A stretch of 63,605 bases of DNA, filler included, from Octopus bimaculoides (taxonomy: Eukaryota), in assembly GCF_001194135.2 (NCBI RefSeq). It is 7 parts of 6 records of this genome, joined end to end, with 100 filler letters (N's around TTAATTAATTAA, not from the genome) between each part and the next. Parts side by side here need not be neighbours in the genome. Positions count along the whole stretch, not along the records: positions 29,577 to 42,168 come from NC_068982.1; positions 42,269 to 51,993 come from NW_026361931.1; 5 more parts are not named here. One strand, written 5' to 3'. The translations under genes were made by a program, and so were the position numbers. Below, one piece after another: positions 38,360-51,436 of this stretch. Within the stretch, counting starts at the first letter, position 1; each line of letters opens with the position of its first letter. Below the pieces are notes generated by a model, which was not told where the DNA came from, ran no database searches, and saw only the letters and a program-made list of their open reading frames with translations.

Positions 38360-38431
38360 NNNNNNNNNNNNNNNNNNNNNNNNNNNNNNNNNNNNNNNNN
38401 NNNNNNNNNNNNNNNNNNNNNNNNNNNNNNN

Positions 38432-38483
<52 letters not shown>

Positions 38484-38524
38484 TTGTCAGTGGCTCTCAC
38501 TCGGTGCTGATTTATCCATCTATT

Positions 38525-38574
<50 letters not shown>

Positions 38575-38767
38575 CAGATAATAGATATGTTAAAGTAAAA
38601 TCACAGCAGGAACTTAAGAGCAGCGGCATCAAACTCCTTCATGCAGGAAATGTCAATTTCTAAAAAGAATTAGTGTAGTAAAATTATGGAGCAACACCAA
38701 ATGGCAGTGCCCCAGCATGGCCATAGCTCAGAGCTGAAACCACATCAAATCAAATCATATATATATA

Positions 38768-40008
38768 AGGGTTGGACAAAAAAATGGAAACACCTTAAAA
38801 TTTCAAACAAAATTATTTTAATATGGAGTAGGACTGCCTTTGGCAGTAATTGCAGCTTGAATTCTACAAAGTATGGACTCGTACAAAGTTTGAATTGTTT
38901 CCAAAGGAATTTTTGTCCATTCTTCAGCTAAAACAGTCTCCAGTTCTTGTAGTGATGATGGTGGAGGATATCGACTCCTTACTTGTTTTTCGAAAATGCA
39001 CCATAAATGTTCAATAATATTAAGATCTGGGGACTGTAATGGCCAGATAAGATGTTCAACTTCACTAGAATGTTCCTCGTTCCATTCAGTAACAACTTTA
39101 GCTGTGTGAATTATTGCATTATCATCCTGAAAGATTGCGTTTCCCTCCGGAAACAGTTCCGCAAACGTAAGATGAATTTGATCAAATAAAATGCTTAAAT
39201 AGTCTTGACTATTAATTCTGCCATGAAGGGAAACCCTTGGGCCGGCGGATTTCCAAGATACAGCCCCCCCCCAACCCTAGATCATCACAGATCTTCCTCC
39301 ATGTTTAACAGTTGGAAGAAGGCAGTCTGGGTCAAATGCTTCTTTTGGCTGACCTCCACACGTATACTTGGCGGTAGCTGGAAATGAAATAAAGGATGAC
39401 TCGTCTGCGAAAATAACATTCTTCCATTGCTCTAGGAACCAATTCGGAAGGTTCTTTTTACTCCTCTTTAAACGCTTTGCAACGTTTGTTTTTTAAAGTA
39501 GTAATTTTCTGATTGCAGCCCTCCCGTGAAATCTGGCTTTGTGCAGCTCCCGGCGAACAGTTTTTGTGGAAACTGGGTTCCCAAGGTGGTCATTAAGCTC
39601 TGCAGTAATTTTGGGAGCTGTACTTTTGTGATCCTTTCTAACATTTCGCGTAAGAATCCCACGGTCCCTATCTGAAAGTTTTGGTTTTCTTCCGGAGTTT
39701 TGTTTCGACGAGGAGGTTTTTTCTCTCTTTCTCAAAGACTGTCATTACTTTCGAAACAGTATTTCTTGATACACCAAACATTTCGGTTGTTTTCGTTACG
39801 CTTTGAAAGTCCGATAGATCTGTCATTTTAATGAATTTTAATTGGCTTTTGTCTGATGATATCTGAAAACAAACAGCAATTTTAGCAAAACATATTAAGC
39901 AACACTAATAATAAATCAAAAAACATAAATATAAACATGCTTTTGAGGGTTTTATAGATATTTCAAAATTATGATGCTAGGTGTTTCCATTAATTTGTCC
40001 AACTCCTG
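38768..40008 (-). mobile_element. Tc1/mariner DNA transposon of about 1.24 kb with TIRs and TA flanks
   Basis: TIR (C)AGGxGTTGGACAAxxxAATGGAAACACCT at both ends; transposase motifs on the minus strand. Confidence 0.95.
38840..39826 (-). pseudogene. Tc1-type transposase with DD36E spacing (frameshifted, short N-terminal deletion)
   Basis: NSGRKPKLSDRD; NVIFADESSF; PTVKHGG; IFQDDNAIIH...WPLQSPDLNIIEHLW. There are 36 residues between the second catalytic D and the E. Confidence 0.9.
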
Positions 40009-40040
<32 letters not shown>

Positions 40041-40501
40041 CATGTACACACACACACNNNNNNNNNNNNNNNNNNNNNNNNNNNNNNNNNNNNNNNNNNN
40101 NNNNNNNNNNNNNNNNNNNNNNNNNNNNNNNNNNNNNNNNNNNNNNNNNNNNNNNNNNNNNNNNNNNNNNNNNNNNNNNNNNNNNNNNNNNNNNNNNNNN
40201 NNNNNNNNNNNNNNNNNNNNNNNNNNNNNNNNNNNNNNNNNNNNNNNNNNNNNNNNNNNNNNNNNNNNNNNNNNNNNNNNNNNNNNNNNNNNNNNNNNNN
40301 NNNNNNNNNNNNNNNNNNNNNNNNNNNNNNNNNNNNNNNNNNNNNNNNNNNNNNNNNNNNNNNNNNNNNNNNNNNNNNNNNNNNNNNNNNNNNNNNNNNN
40401 NNNNNNNNNNNNNNNNNNNNNNNNNNNNNNNNNNNNNNNNNNNNNNNNNNNNNNNNNNNNNNNNNNNNNNNNNNNNNNNNNNNNNNNNNNNNNNNNNNNN
40501 N

Positions 40502-40559
<58 letters not shown>

Positions 40560-41104
40560 GATACGATAGATAGATAGATAGAGAAAGAGAGAGAGAAGAC
40601 TGAGAAAGACAGAGTAACAGATGTAGAAGAAAATATGAGGAATTCATAGTCAGACAGACAGACAGACAGATAGATAGATTCAGAAAGAGAGGCAAAGAGA
40701 GAGCGGTGGGAGGGAGGGAGAGAGTGATAGAGAGGGAGTTAGAGGGGGAAACTTTAATATGTCTTATACGAGTGTTGTTTGCAAATCGAAGGCTTATGGC
40801 TGGCTGTGACGTACTGACAACTGCCCAAGGTTAGTCTGTGATTTCACCGGAAACTTGAAAATTGGCAGGAAGGAAGGAAGTCGCCATTGCCAGGGTGCAA
40901 AGTTAGAGTGAGCGATCATATTGGTGAGAGAATAAAACAAAAACAACAGCAAAAAACAAAGGATTAAAAAAAAAATACAATGAAATACAAAATAACAACA
41001 TCAACAACAACAACAATAATAATAATGATAATAATGATAAAGGTGATTATGATGGTGATGGTGGTGACGGTGGTATCGAAAGTGGTGATGATAAAAAGAG
41101 CAAA

Positions 41105-41165
<61 letters not shown>

Positions 41166-41400
41166 GATATTGTTATTATTGATATTGTTACTTTGGCTGA
41201 GAAAAATGTAATCGGCAATCAAAATAATAATAATAATAGCAAGAATAACGGCAACAACATCCGCAACAATAATAATAATAATAGTAGCTATTAATAGCGA
41301 TGATAATAATGAGTATTTAAGGGGAAAAGGGAACGTAAAAGCCGTACAGAAGAATGTGTGAAGTGAAAGAAGGAACGAAAAGAAAAAAACAAAGGAAGAT

Positions 41401-41458
<58 letters not shown>

Positions 41459-41798
41459 AAAGAAGAAAGAAAGGAAGGAAGATAGATAGATAAATAGATG
41501 GAAGGAAAGGAAGGAGCGAACGAAGAAAGAGAGAAAATCTAAGATTGCAGGGGAAAGAGAAGAAAGTGATGAGAAAGAAGAGAAGAAATTGCAAAGGAAT
41601 GAAAAAAGCTAAGAAAGAGAGAAAGAATAAATGAAAGGCAGACTGACAGACAGACAGGCAGACGGACACGTTGGGAAACATCGATGGAAAATGATAAGAT
41701 TGAAGGAGAAAAATGATTCAGAAAGGGAGGAGGGAGGAGGGAAGATCTGAAGAATACGGGAGAAAGATTGGATGCAGAAGGAAGTACACACACACACG

Positions 41799-41836
<38 letters not shown>

Positions 41837-42659
41837 CACACGCGCACACACTCGTATATAGATATACATACATACATAGATACAAATATGTATACAAGAA
41901 CCAAGTTAAAACTAATAATCGTTACATATTTATTCTTTATCGGAACGAATTTGGCTTACAGCTGTTTCCAGTAGTCATTATAAGTACATTATTGATAGAT
42001 TTAGTCAATCGGTCTATTGATCAACTGAGAGAAGATTAATGCTACTTTCTTCACTAATCAAAATAATATTGTTAGCCTCGTGTGCCAACAGAGCGCTTAG
42101 GACATATTTTGTCTGGATTGATAATCTCTCACTATTTGTTCTATATATATATATATATATATATATATNNNNNNNNNNNNNNNNNNNNNNNNNNNNNNNN
42201 NNNNNNNNNNNNTTAATTAATTAANNNNNNNNNNNNNNNNNNNNNNNNNNNNNNNNNNNNNNNNNNNNATATATATATACATACATGTGTAGGTACGTAT
42301 GCATGTATGTTCTAGTTTATTTTTAAAATCTCTCACCAATCGAGAAAGAGCCTGTTTCTGGCCAAGAAACAAATGTCTTTCATTGGAATCTTGACATCAC
42401 TTTGGCACCCATGTATGTATGGCTGAATGTACGGATGACTTTATATTTGAAAGCTTCAAATATTAACATCTGCTGTAAATCACTCATACCTGCGACTGTA
42501 CACACTCCTCTTTCTCCTTTCCAAGATCATTCTGTCTGCTCTGCTATGTTTATATTTTACAGAAGTAATAATATCCCGAAGAGTTTATCATTATTCCTTC
42601 ATATTATGAATGACCATGCTCTTCACATCACTGTAACTTGTAATATTTTCATCTTTTAG

Positions 42660-42733
42660 ACATTCTCTCTCGACGGATGGTACTGAGTAGTGTTTTGGTG
42701 ACATGGTCATCTTTCATTGTCAGATATCATCAG
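42660..42733 (+). CDS. Candidate 74-nt exon (ILSRRMVLSSVLVTWSSFIVRYHQ)
   Basis: Acceptor TTTTCATCTTTTAG| and donor CAG|GTAACT. Confidence 0.25.
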
Positions 42734-43754
42734 GTAACTTTTTTCCACTGATCAATTGTATTACCGTTTAGTTATTAATCACATGTCTCCACATGTGTAT
42801 TTGTATTTATATGCTAAACTTCCAGTGTTGGCTTATATCTGTAATCTAACTAGCTTTTCCTTTCTGGTGAGAACTCTACCTTTTCATGTATGTATGTATA
42901 TATGTATATATGTGTGTATGTGTGTGTGTCTGTCTGTCTGTGTCTCTGTGTGTGTATGTATACATTTGCATGTGTTCGTATATGTGTTATAAGTTTTTTT
43001 TTATTTGAATTCTTCATTATTTAAATTCTTCATTAAAAGAAATGATTTTTAACAAACAAGTAAGATTCCACGCTGGAATTTCGATACCAACAACATTGAA
43101 CGGTGAAGAGTTAAATGCTGAACTTTAGAAGAGTCTTGCACTTTTCTACTGCTCCGCTTACAGATTGTGTTTGAATTGTAAGTGAATTTATAGTCTGGAT
43201 ACAGAAGCTGTCGGTTTTGAAGTATTTGTGCGTAGATATTCTCTTTCTTGTTGATTTTCAAAGAAATGTTTACATCTGTCGGAAAGTTGATCTCAGCCGA
43301 AGCTTTGATGGCAATGTTCCACCAATATTCCTTGTGTGTGTGTGTGTGTGTGTGTGTGTACTCAATAACAGGAATAATTTCTATATTTATATCAGGGCAG
43401 CATTTCCTACAGATTTCATTGCATACAATTTAAGCAGTAACATCGCATACCGCACTGGAAGCCAGTACCTTAACAATTTTGAGCAGCTGCTGATCATATA
43501 GGTAATATATTCCACAGCAAATGTCACATAATTGACATTTTCGGTCATCTTTTGAGAGTTTAAAGGTGTTACTGTCTCCTTCTCTTGGATTGCAAAAGCA
43601 TAACATTTGGTATGTTATGTGATGTAAGGGCTTTACATATGTTAACAATAAAAAAAAAAGAAACAACACGCTTCATTTAACAGATTAAATAAGACAGTGC
43701 AACACAGAAACAAAGAAATAACAAATGGGCTTTTAGTGAATTTTTCCCGCCTTT

Positions 43755-43985
43755 TATCTTTTCTTGTTTCAGTCATTGGACTGCGGCCATGTGGAAGCAC
43801 CGACTAATTCTGTTCTTTTATACTTGAAAGATTTAGTTGAAAAAATCGACACATTACATATTTGTAAGTTTGATACTAATTCTATCAGTCTCTTTTGCCG
43901 AACTGCTATGTTATGGAGACTTAAACTTACTAATACCGGTAATCATGCGGTGGTGGCGCACGCAGACACACACACACGCACGCGC
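43755..43985 (-). mobile_element. SINE family A tail fragment
   Basis: TTGTTTCAGTCATTGGACTGCGGCCATG...CTTTTGCCGAACTGCT. Confidence 0.7.
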
Positions 43986-44074
43986 ACACACACACTGAAG
44001 CGTTACAATGGTCACTTAAAAGTTTCAGCTTTCGTTTCATCAAGAAATGGTAAATAAAGATTTAGTTTATTATC

Positions 44075-44103
<29 letters not shown>

Positions 44104-44105
<2 letters not shown>

Positions 44106-44173
44106 TCACTGCCTGAAATCGAACTCAGAATCTTGGGGTTAGTAGTCCGCGCTCTTAACCACTACGCCATATG

Positions 44174-44175
<2 letters not shown>
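44104..44175 (-). ncRNA. tRNA-like segment with Pol III A-box and B-box motifs
   Basis: GGCATA-TGGCGTAGTGG-TTAAGAGCGCGGACTACTAACCCCAAGATTCT-GAGTTCGATTTC-AGGCAGTGACC. Confidence 0.7.
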
Positions 44176-44245
<70 letters not shown>

Positions 44246-44297
44246 CAACATCGAAAAATACCTTAGGAATGAGAACCCAGGTTTGAAATTTCCCCAA

Positions 44298-44343
44298 GAC
44301 ACCTGATGAAGGCTGGAGGGTATATCAGCCGAAACGTTGTGTT
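44298..44343 (+). ncRNA. Minimal type I hammerhead ribozyme, intact
   Basis: Stem I GACAC/GTGTT; core CTGATGA plus an extra A; stem II GGCTGG/TCAGCC; GAAAC; palindromic AACGTT stem III; GUU cleavage triplet. Confidence 0.85.
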
Positions 44344-44620
44344 AACAACAAACAGGATGAGGACAAATATCCGTCAAATATAAATAATGTAAATAATGTA
44401 TATATTCTTTAAAAAAAAAAGATTTAGCTGTTTCTTATATTAACATACAAGACACAAGTTTTCTTTGAGTTTCTATAAAAATTAAAATAATAAAACCATC
44501 GTTAGTTGTTTGTTGCGTCTAAAGACAAGAAGCAAACATTGCAAGAGAAAAGGATAAATGAGAGAGTATGTGCGACGTCCCTGCGTTGTTGTTTTTCCTT
44601 GCTTGTTCTTGTTTGGATTG

Positions 44621-44681
<61 letters not shown>

Positions 44682-45024
44682 ATATATATACAGACAGACA
44701 GACAGATAGAGGAGAGAGAAAGAAAGATTAACAGGCATATACATGTAAAACAAGTATGTATAAATATAGCTATTATTAGTACCAACAAAATAACAAAAAA
44801 AAAACACCTTAAATACAACATTAAAAGCAACATTTGCTGCCATAACAACAATAACAACTATATCGAGCACAGTAAAAAAGAAAAAAGTGGGGCCAGCCGC
44901 ACTCTCAGTACTTTATTCGTTGTGTGTTTGGGTCACTTCACATTACATTAAGGCATGTCTAACTTGGCTGAAAAATATGCTGTCATGGAGAATGTTTCTC
45001 GTCCTCCATTAAGATGACAGATTT

Positions 45025-45225
45025 GGTAAACAGGAGGCGGATAAAATGCCTTTTGTTGTTTAGTTTACCGCTTTTATGTTGAGTTCAAATCCTGTTGCGG
45101 TTAACTTCGCCTTTCATATTTCCGGAGTTGATAAAATAAAAATACAAATCAAGTACTAGGGTTAATTTAACCGATTCTACCCTCCTTCAAATTTGTGGAT
45201 TGTGCCGACGTCAAAAATCATTACA
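45025..45225 (+). mobile_element. SINE family B-related, diverged
   Basis: GTTGAGTTCAAATCC...TTCGCCTTTCAT...GATAAAATAA...AAGTACTAGG. Confidence 0.6.
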
Positions 45226-46224
45226 GAACATGTTATTATTGTTGTAACTTAGCTCCAGGTCTGCGCACATAATAAAAGCGATTTCAACCAGGACTATGTC
45301 GTATTTTTACTTGAAACAGATCATCTCAAACTATATTCCCGAAGTTGTGGAAATATAAACAGATTTAAAACGAGAAAACTGAATTAAATAAACACATTAA
45401 TAAATACAAACAGTTACAATTTGAGAAGCAGAAAGTGAAAACGGCGAAAACGCCAACTTAGACGACGATAACAGAAGCACCAACAACAACTACGTCATCG
45501 CTTGTCAGAGTTGCGAGAGAAAAAGATTCTCGGTATATGAGAGAGCTCCAGTGGGGGAAAAACGTATATGATTGGTATGTCCCGGAAGAGATTATGTTGT
45601 ACGAGAAATGTATCCGTGAAAAAACGAGGAAGAAAGTGATGCACTTGTGTCTTATAAAAATCAAAGTGATTTTCATACGCTGCCGAAAGAGGTGCTGAAG
45701 GGACCTGGCTGATGTGTGAAAGGATGTATGCTTCTTTAGCAGAGGCCAAGAATATGGAATCGTATGTTTATCATTTAAAACTAAAGATGAAGCGAGAAAG
45801 TAAAGAAAGACTTGTGCGCTAAACGCCTACCCGTATGACTGTGACGCAGTACATGTCCATGCAATACATGTTGACGACCAAAAGTACGGGATTCGATGTA
45901 GGGCCTTTGACTGTTGGCACCTCTACAGTATAGAACGGTCATGTTTTGAGCATAACGGGGACCTGCAAACAGCATGTGACCGGGTTAGAATCTGCGCAGT
46001 TATTTAAGCATTGATGAGCCTCAAAGTGGACAGTAATACCCTGGGGTTATATTCAACAGTAAGACCACAATACTGGAGCTACACACAAATGGGTATATCA
46101 AACTTACCCACTCGAGTGAGAAACGTGTTGCAAAGCAGAAGACCGCTTGTTACGCGTGTGAACACGGCAGATATTTGGACTTACTGCCCAAAAAGGATGA
46201 AAATGATAATAATAATAAAACGGT

Positions 46225-46417
46225 TTCTACTATAGGCACAAGGCCTGAAATTTTTGGGAGAGGGGATTAGTTGATTACACTGACCCTAGTGCTTAACTGG
46301 TACTTATTTTATCGACTCCGATGGGACGAAAGGTAGAGTCAACCTCCGAAGAATTTGAACTCAGAATGCCGCTAAGTATTTTGCTCGGCGTGCTAACGAT
46401 TCTGCCAACTCGCCGCC

Positions 46418-46462
<45 letters not shown>

Positions 46463-46685
46463 GTAATAATAATCCTTTCTACTAAGGGCTCAAAGCCTGA
46501 AATTTTGGGGGAGGGCGCCATTCGATTAGATCGACCCAGTACACAACTGGTACTTAATTTATCGACTCCGAAAGGATGAAAGGCGAAGTCGACCACGACA
46601 GAATTTGAACTCAGAGCGTAGCGACGTGCCATATATCGCTAAGCATATCGTCCAGTGTGCTAACGATTCTACCAGCTCGCCGTCA
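46225..46685 (-). mobile_element. Two head-to-tail SINE family B copies separated by (AAT)n
   Basis: Both copies run from the AGTAGAAA tail to the GGCGGCGAG head on the minus strand, with (ATT)n in sense at each junction. Confidence 0.85.
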
Positions 46686-47312
46686 ATAATAATAATAATA
46701 ATAATGAGGAGGAGGAGGAGGAGGAGGAGGAGGTATTCACTCCCAGATCTGGATACTTCATGGGTTCCAGATATTGCTCGCATGATATCGAAGACGAGAA
46801 TTTGCTCAAGNNNNNNNNNNNNNNNNNNNNNNNNNNNNNNNNNNNNNNNNNNNNNNNNNNNNNNNNNNNNNNNNNNNNNNNNNNNNNNNNNNNNNNNNNN
46901 NNNNNNNNNNNNNNNNNNNNNNNNNNNNNNNNNNNNNNNNNNNNNNNNNNNNNNNNNNNNNNNNNNNNNNNNNNNNNNNNNNNNNNNNNNNNNNNNNNNN
47001 NNNNNNNNNNNNNNNNNNNNNNNNNNNNNNNNNNNNNNNNNNNNNNNNNNNNNNNNNNNNNNNNNNNNNNNNNNNNNNNNNNNNNNNNNNNNNNNNNNNN
47101 NNNNNNNNNNNNNNNNNNNNNNNNNNNNNNNNNNNNNNNNNNNNNNNNNNNNNNNNNNNNNNNNNNNNNNNNNNNNNNNNNNNNNNNNNNNNNNNNNNNN
47201 NNNNNNNNNNNNNNNNNNNNNNNNNNNNNNNNNNNNNNNNNNNNNNNNNNNNNNNNNNNNNNNNNNNNNNNNNNNNNNNNNNNNNNNNNNNNNNTATATA
47301 TATATATATATA

Positions 47313-47378
<66 letters not shown>

Positions 47379-47626
47379 AGTGGGTGAGTTTATTACCATG
47401 TATAGAAATATTTTTCCAGAAACATGTATAAGTTATAAGAAAACTTATTCTAAGTCGTATAAGAATAACAATTGTGGCTCTGTGTACGTGTGTGCGCGTG
47501 GGGCGTTGTTTCCATCCGTCTACGTCCGTATTGAGATACTTGGTGTTTATGGAACATTGTAAACATAAGTGTGTAGATATGTGAGTAGTGTATGTGTGCG
47601 CACGAGAGAACGAAAGTGTGCGTGCA

Positions 47627-47676
<50 letters not shown>

Positions 47677-48603
47677 GTGTATTGTTGTGAGCATGTAATC
47701 AGGAGATAGTAGTTTAGCTATGTTTATTTAAACTGCAAGTCACCTTTTAATAATTATTGTTATTACATTTCAACCCCCTACACACACACACACACACNNN
47801 NNNNNNNNNNNNNNNNNNNNNNNNNNNNNNNNNNNNNNNNNNNNNNNNNNNNNNNNNNNNNNNNNNNNNNNNNNNNNNNNNNNNNNNNNNNNNNNNNNNN
47901 NNNNNNNNNNNNNNNNNNNNNNNNNNNNNNNNNNNNNNNNNNNNNNNNNNNNNNNNNNNNNNNNNNNNNNNNNNNNNNNNNNNNNNNNNNNNNNNNNNNN
48001 NNNNNNNNNNNNNNNNNNNNNNNNNNNNNNNNNNNNNNNNNNNNNNNNNNNNNNNNNNNNNNNNNNNNNNNNNNNNNNNNNNNNNNNNNNNNNNNNNNNN
48101 NNNNNNNNNNNNNNNNNNNNNNNNNNNNNNNNNNNNNNNNNNNNNNNNNNNNNNNNNNNNNNNNNNNNNNNNNNNNNNNNNNNNNNNNNNNNNNNNNNNN
48201 NNNNNNNNNNNNNNNNNNNNNNNNNNNNNNNNNNNNNNNNNNNNNNNNNNNNNNNNNNNNNNNNNNNNNNNNNNNNNNNNNNNNNNNNNNNNNNNNNNNN
48301 NNNNNNNNNNNNNNNNNNNNNNNNNNNNNNNNNNNNNNNNNNNNNNNNNNNNNNNNNNNNNNNNNNNNNNNNNNNNNNNNNNNNNNNNNNNNNNNNNNNN
48401 NNNNNNNNNNNNNNNNNNNNNNNNNNNNNNNNNNNNNNNNNNNNNNNNNNNNNNNNNNNNNNNNNNNNNNNNNNNNNNNNNNNNNNNNNNNNNNNNNNNN
48501 NNNNNNNNNNNNNNNNNNNNNNNNNNNNNNNNNNNNNNNNNNNNNNNNNNNNNNNNNNNNNNNNNNNNNNNNNNNNNNNTATATATATATATATATATAC
48601 ATA

Positions 48604-48648
<45 letters not shown>

Positions 48649-49476
48649 GGATATATTTACATACACACATACATATATATATACATACATGCATACACAC
48701 ACGCACATGTGTGCGCGTTCTTGTTTTTGTGTGTATATTTGTATATAACTACCTGTATATGTACATATGCTTTTGTATATTTTTGTATACAAAGTACATA
48801 CGCACGCACACACATACACACACACACAGCAACTGGATATATACAGGTTGGTGAGTGGATAACGGTGTTATGTAGGGTAAGCAGTGAAGTGATGTGCAAG
48901 TAAGCCACCCCAGAACAATCTATGGAACCATTCCACACCATTGCCAGACATGTTCACCAAAGTCTCTCGCAGACATTCATACTTTTAACGATACATTTGC
49001 CTGGCACTCACATGACCCCGACCGACTTGACCTCGATCATTGGCCGACTATATATGTACATACGTGTATGTGTGTGTGTGTGTATGAATACATATATATA
49101 TTTCATATATGTGTATATATTTCATATAGATATATATATTTATTATATATGTATATATTTCATATATATATATATATTTATTATATATGTATATATTTCA
49201 TATATATATTTATTATATATGTATATATTTCATATATATATATATTTATTATATATGTATATATTTCATATATATATATATTTTATATATATATATATTT
49301 CATANNNNNNNNNNNNNNNNNNNNNNNNNNNNNNNNNNNNNNNNNNNNNNNNNNATATATATATACATAAATACATATATACATAATATTTATAACTATA
49401 TATATACATGCATATGTACAAATATATAGATATATATACACAGATACATACACATAATACATTATATATACATACA

Positions 49477-50618
49477 CTAGCTGGTGTACCCGGTAATTCC
49501 CGGGGGTAAAGTTGTTCTATTGGAACGCCTTATTACTCTGATATAAAAAAGCAATTTCGTTATAACTGCCACAAAAGGTGTATTTTCCGCCACGAAAAAG
49601 TACAAAAAACTGTCAGCTGGATGAGGGAGAGATTGTCGGAGAGGTTGGCAAGAGAGGTTTTCGGAGGTTGGTGAGAGGCAAAGACATTTTTCTGCTTAGC
49701 GAAGACATCTGGAAAATGTATAACTGCTGTCATTCACAGAAAAACTATTGTTTTACCGTGAGAAAAGCGCTGTTGAAGTGTGAAGTGAAATTTGGCAATC
49801 GAGGATCGAATCCACGCTATGCCTGCATGAAGCCACTATAAATACGTTATGGAATAAAAAAATTATGTACTGTCATGGAAAAAGTGTAACTGTAAAAATG
49901 CAGAATTATCGGAGTAATGGGAAGTCAGAAAAGTATGTATGTATAGAAATGTATGAATGAAGTCTTTATGTTTTAAGAGTCAAGTCAAGGAAGTACAATA
50001 ATAATGTTTAGCAGTTCAAAACTGTGAGCAGTGAAATGCAGAATTTGGTCGGCTGATCGTGAGAATCAAACATTGATCGCTTCGCTAAAATCTGCAGGTG
50101 GTATGGGTTATTTCCCTTTGGTTGTTTAAATAGAATATTAATAATATGTAGTAGGTAGAAGGATCCATTGGAAGGGCCCTATTATCGATTTTTTTTTCGA
50201 CAATCTAAGGATGTCACGAGGTTTCCAGACGTGTTCTGCTCACGTGTCAAATAAAGTATTAAAGTGATATTGTCTGCAAAAATTAAAAATAGGACATAGA
50301 AAAAATCAATATTCAAAGTAATCGAACATAAACAATGAAATGGGTTATTTTCCTTGAGTGCTTAAAAATATTGTACAGGTGCTATGGATTATTTCCATTG
50401 GGTGTTTAAAAAAATTAGATATATGAGGGAGATATAATGGTTCCTTCCAGGGGCCGTATTATCGATTTTTTCAATAATCTAAATATGTCACGAGGTTTCC
50501 AGACATGCGTTCTACGCACGTGTCAAGTTTCAACAAAATCAATAATAAAACGATGTAGGAGGAGTTAGCTAACAACACCACTAACAAACACACACCGATC
50601 TTCCACGTATGTAGTAGA
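49477..50618 (-). mobile_element. Complete non-autonomous Helitron, 1142 bp
   Basis: Minus strand A|TCTACTACATACG ... CCCGG-gaatta-CCGGG-8 nt-CTAG|T; no TSD; internal diverged direct repeat of about 150 bp (50097-50250 and 50378-50527). Confidence 0.9.
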
Positions 50619-50759
50619 TCATATATTCCGTTTATACATATATTCATATATACGTATATATGGGCGTATGTCTGAAAGGGTATACATTTTTATGTGTGTG
50701 TGTGTGTGTGTGTCTATACACACACACACACATGTCATTATAAGGGTATGCAATTAACA

Positions 50760-50808
50760 CGAATAATAATAATAAGAAGAAGAATAAGAAGAATAAGAAT
50801 AAGAAGAA

Positions 50809-50839
<31 letters not shown>

Positions 50840-50908
50840 AAGAAGAAGAAGAAGAAGAAGAAGAAGAAGAAGAAGAAGAAGAAGAAGAAGAAGAAGAAGA
50901 AGAAGAAT
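50760..50908. repeat. (AAT)n grading into (GAA)n
   Basis: Directly visible. Confidence 0.95.
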
Positions 50909-51300
50909 GAACAGGAGAATGCCAGGATTTGGCTTGGGAAATGCGAAGACTGTGGAGGGTTTGTACAAAAGTAATCCCAGTTGTTCTAGTTGCACAAGGT
51001 ACCGTCACCAACAGACTTGGCAGTTTCCTTATTGAGATTAGTGTAACTACGAGAAAAGCATTAATTCAGAAATCTGCTCTGCTGGGAACAGCAAGGATTT
51101 GGAGATTGGTTTTTAGATGTTGAATGTCTTCCATGATAATTAACAAACAAGCATCAAAGCTTATTACGGGCAGAAAGAGACTTGTGAAACCTCTGACAAC
51201 AGGCTGCTGTCCACTCCCACAGAATCCACCATAACAAACAGGACCGAGCACTCTCAAGAGTAAAACAACAACAACAACAGTAATAATAATAAGAAGAATA
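50909..51300 (+). mobile_element. 5'-truncated R4/Dong-clade LINE end
   Basis: CQDLAWEMRRLWRVCTKVIPVVLVAQGTV...IQKSALLGTARIWRLV, then a 3' UTR and an (AAC)/(AAT) tail. Confidence 0.85.
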
Positions 51301-51436
51301 AGAATAAAAAGTCAAAATTAAAAGAAGAGTGCCATTTGCTATCTTGTGAACAATGAACCACCGCTCGGCGACGGCCCGATCCCTTCTCCATCGAGTGAGC
51401 GAGGAAACTACGGAATAATAATAATAATAATAATAA

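Larger units (their letters stand above)
44085..44400 (+). mobile_element. ORF-less PLE terminal-repeat element: inverted tRNA-like piece, (AAT)n, hammerhead, PLE tail
   Basis: Homologous to 2722-3006; the tail ends in AAATAATGTAAATAATGTA; inverted junction (ATT)nCAGG...CCTG(AAT)n. Confidence 0.85.
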
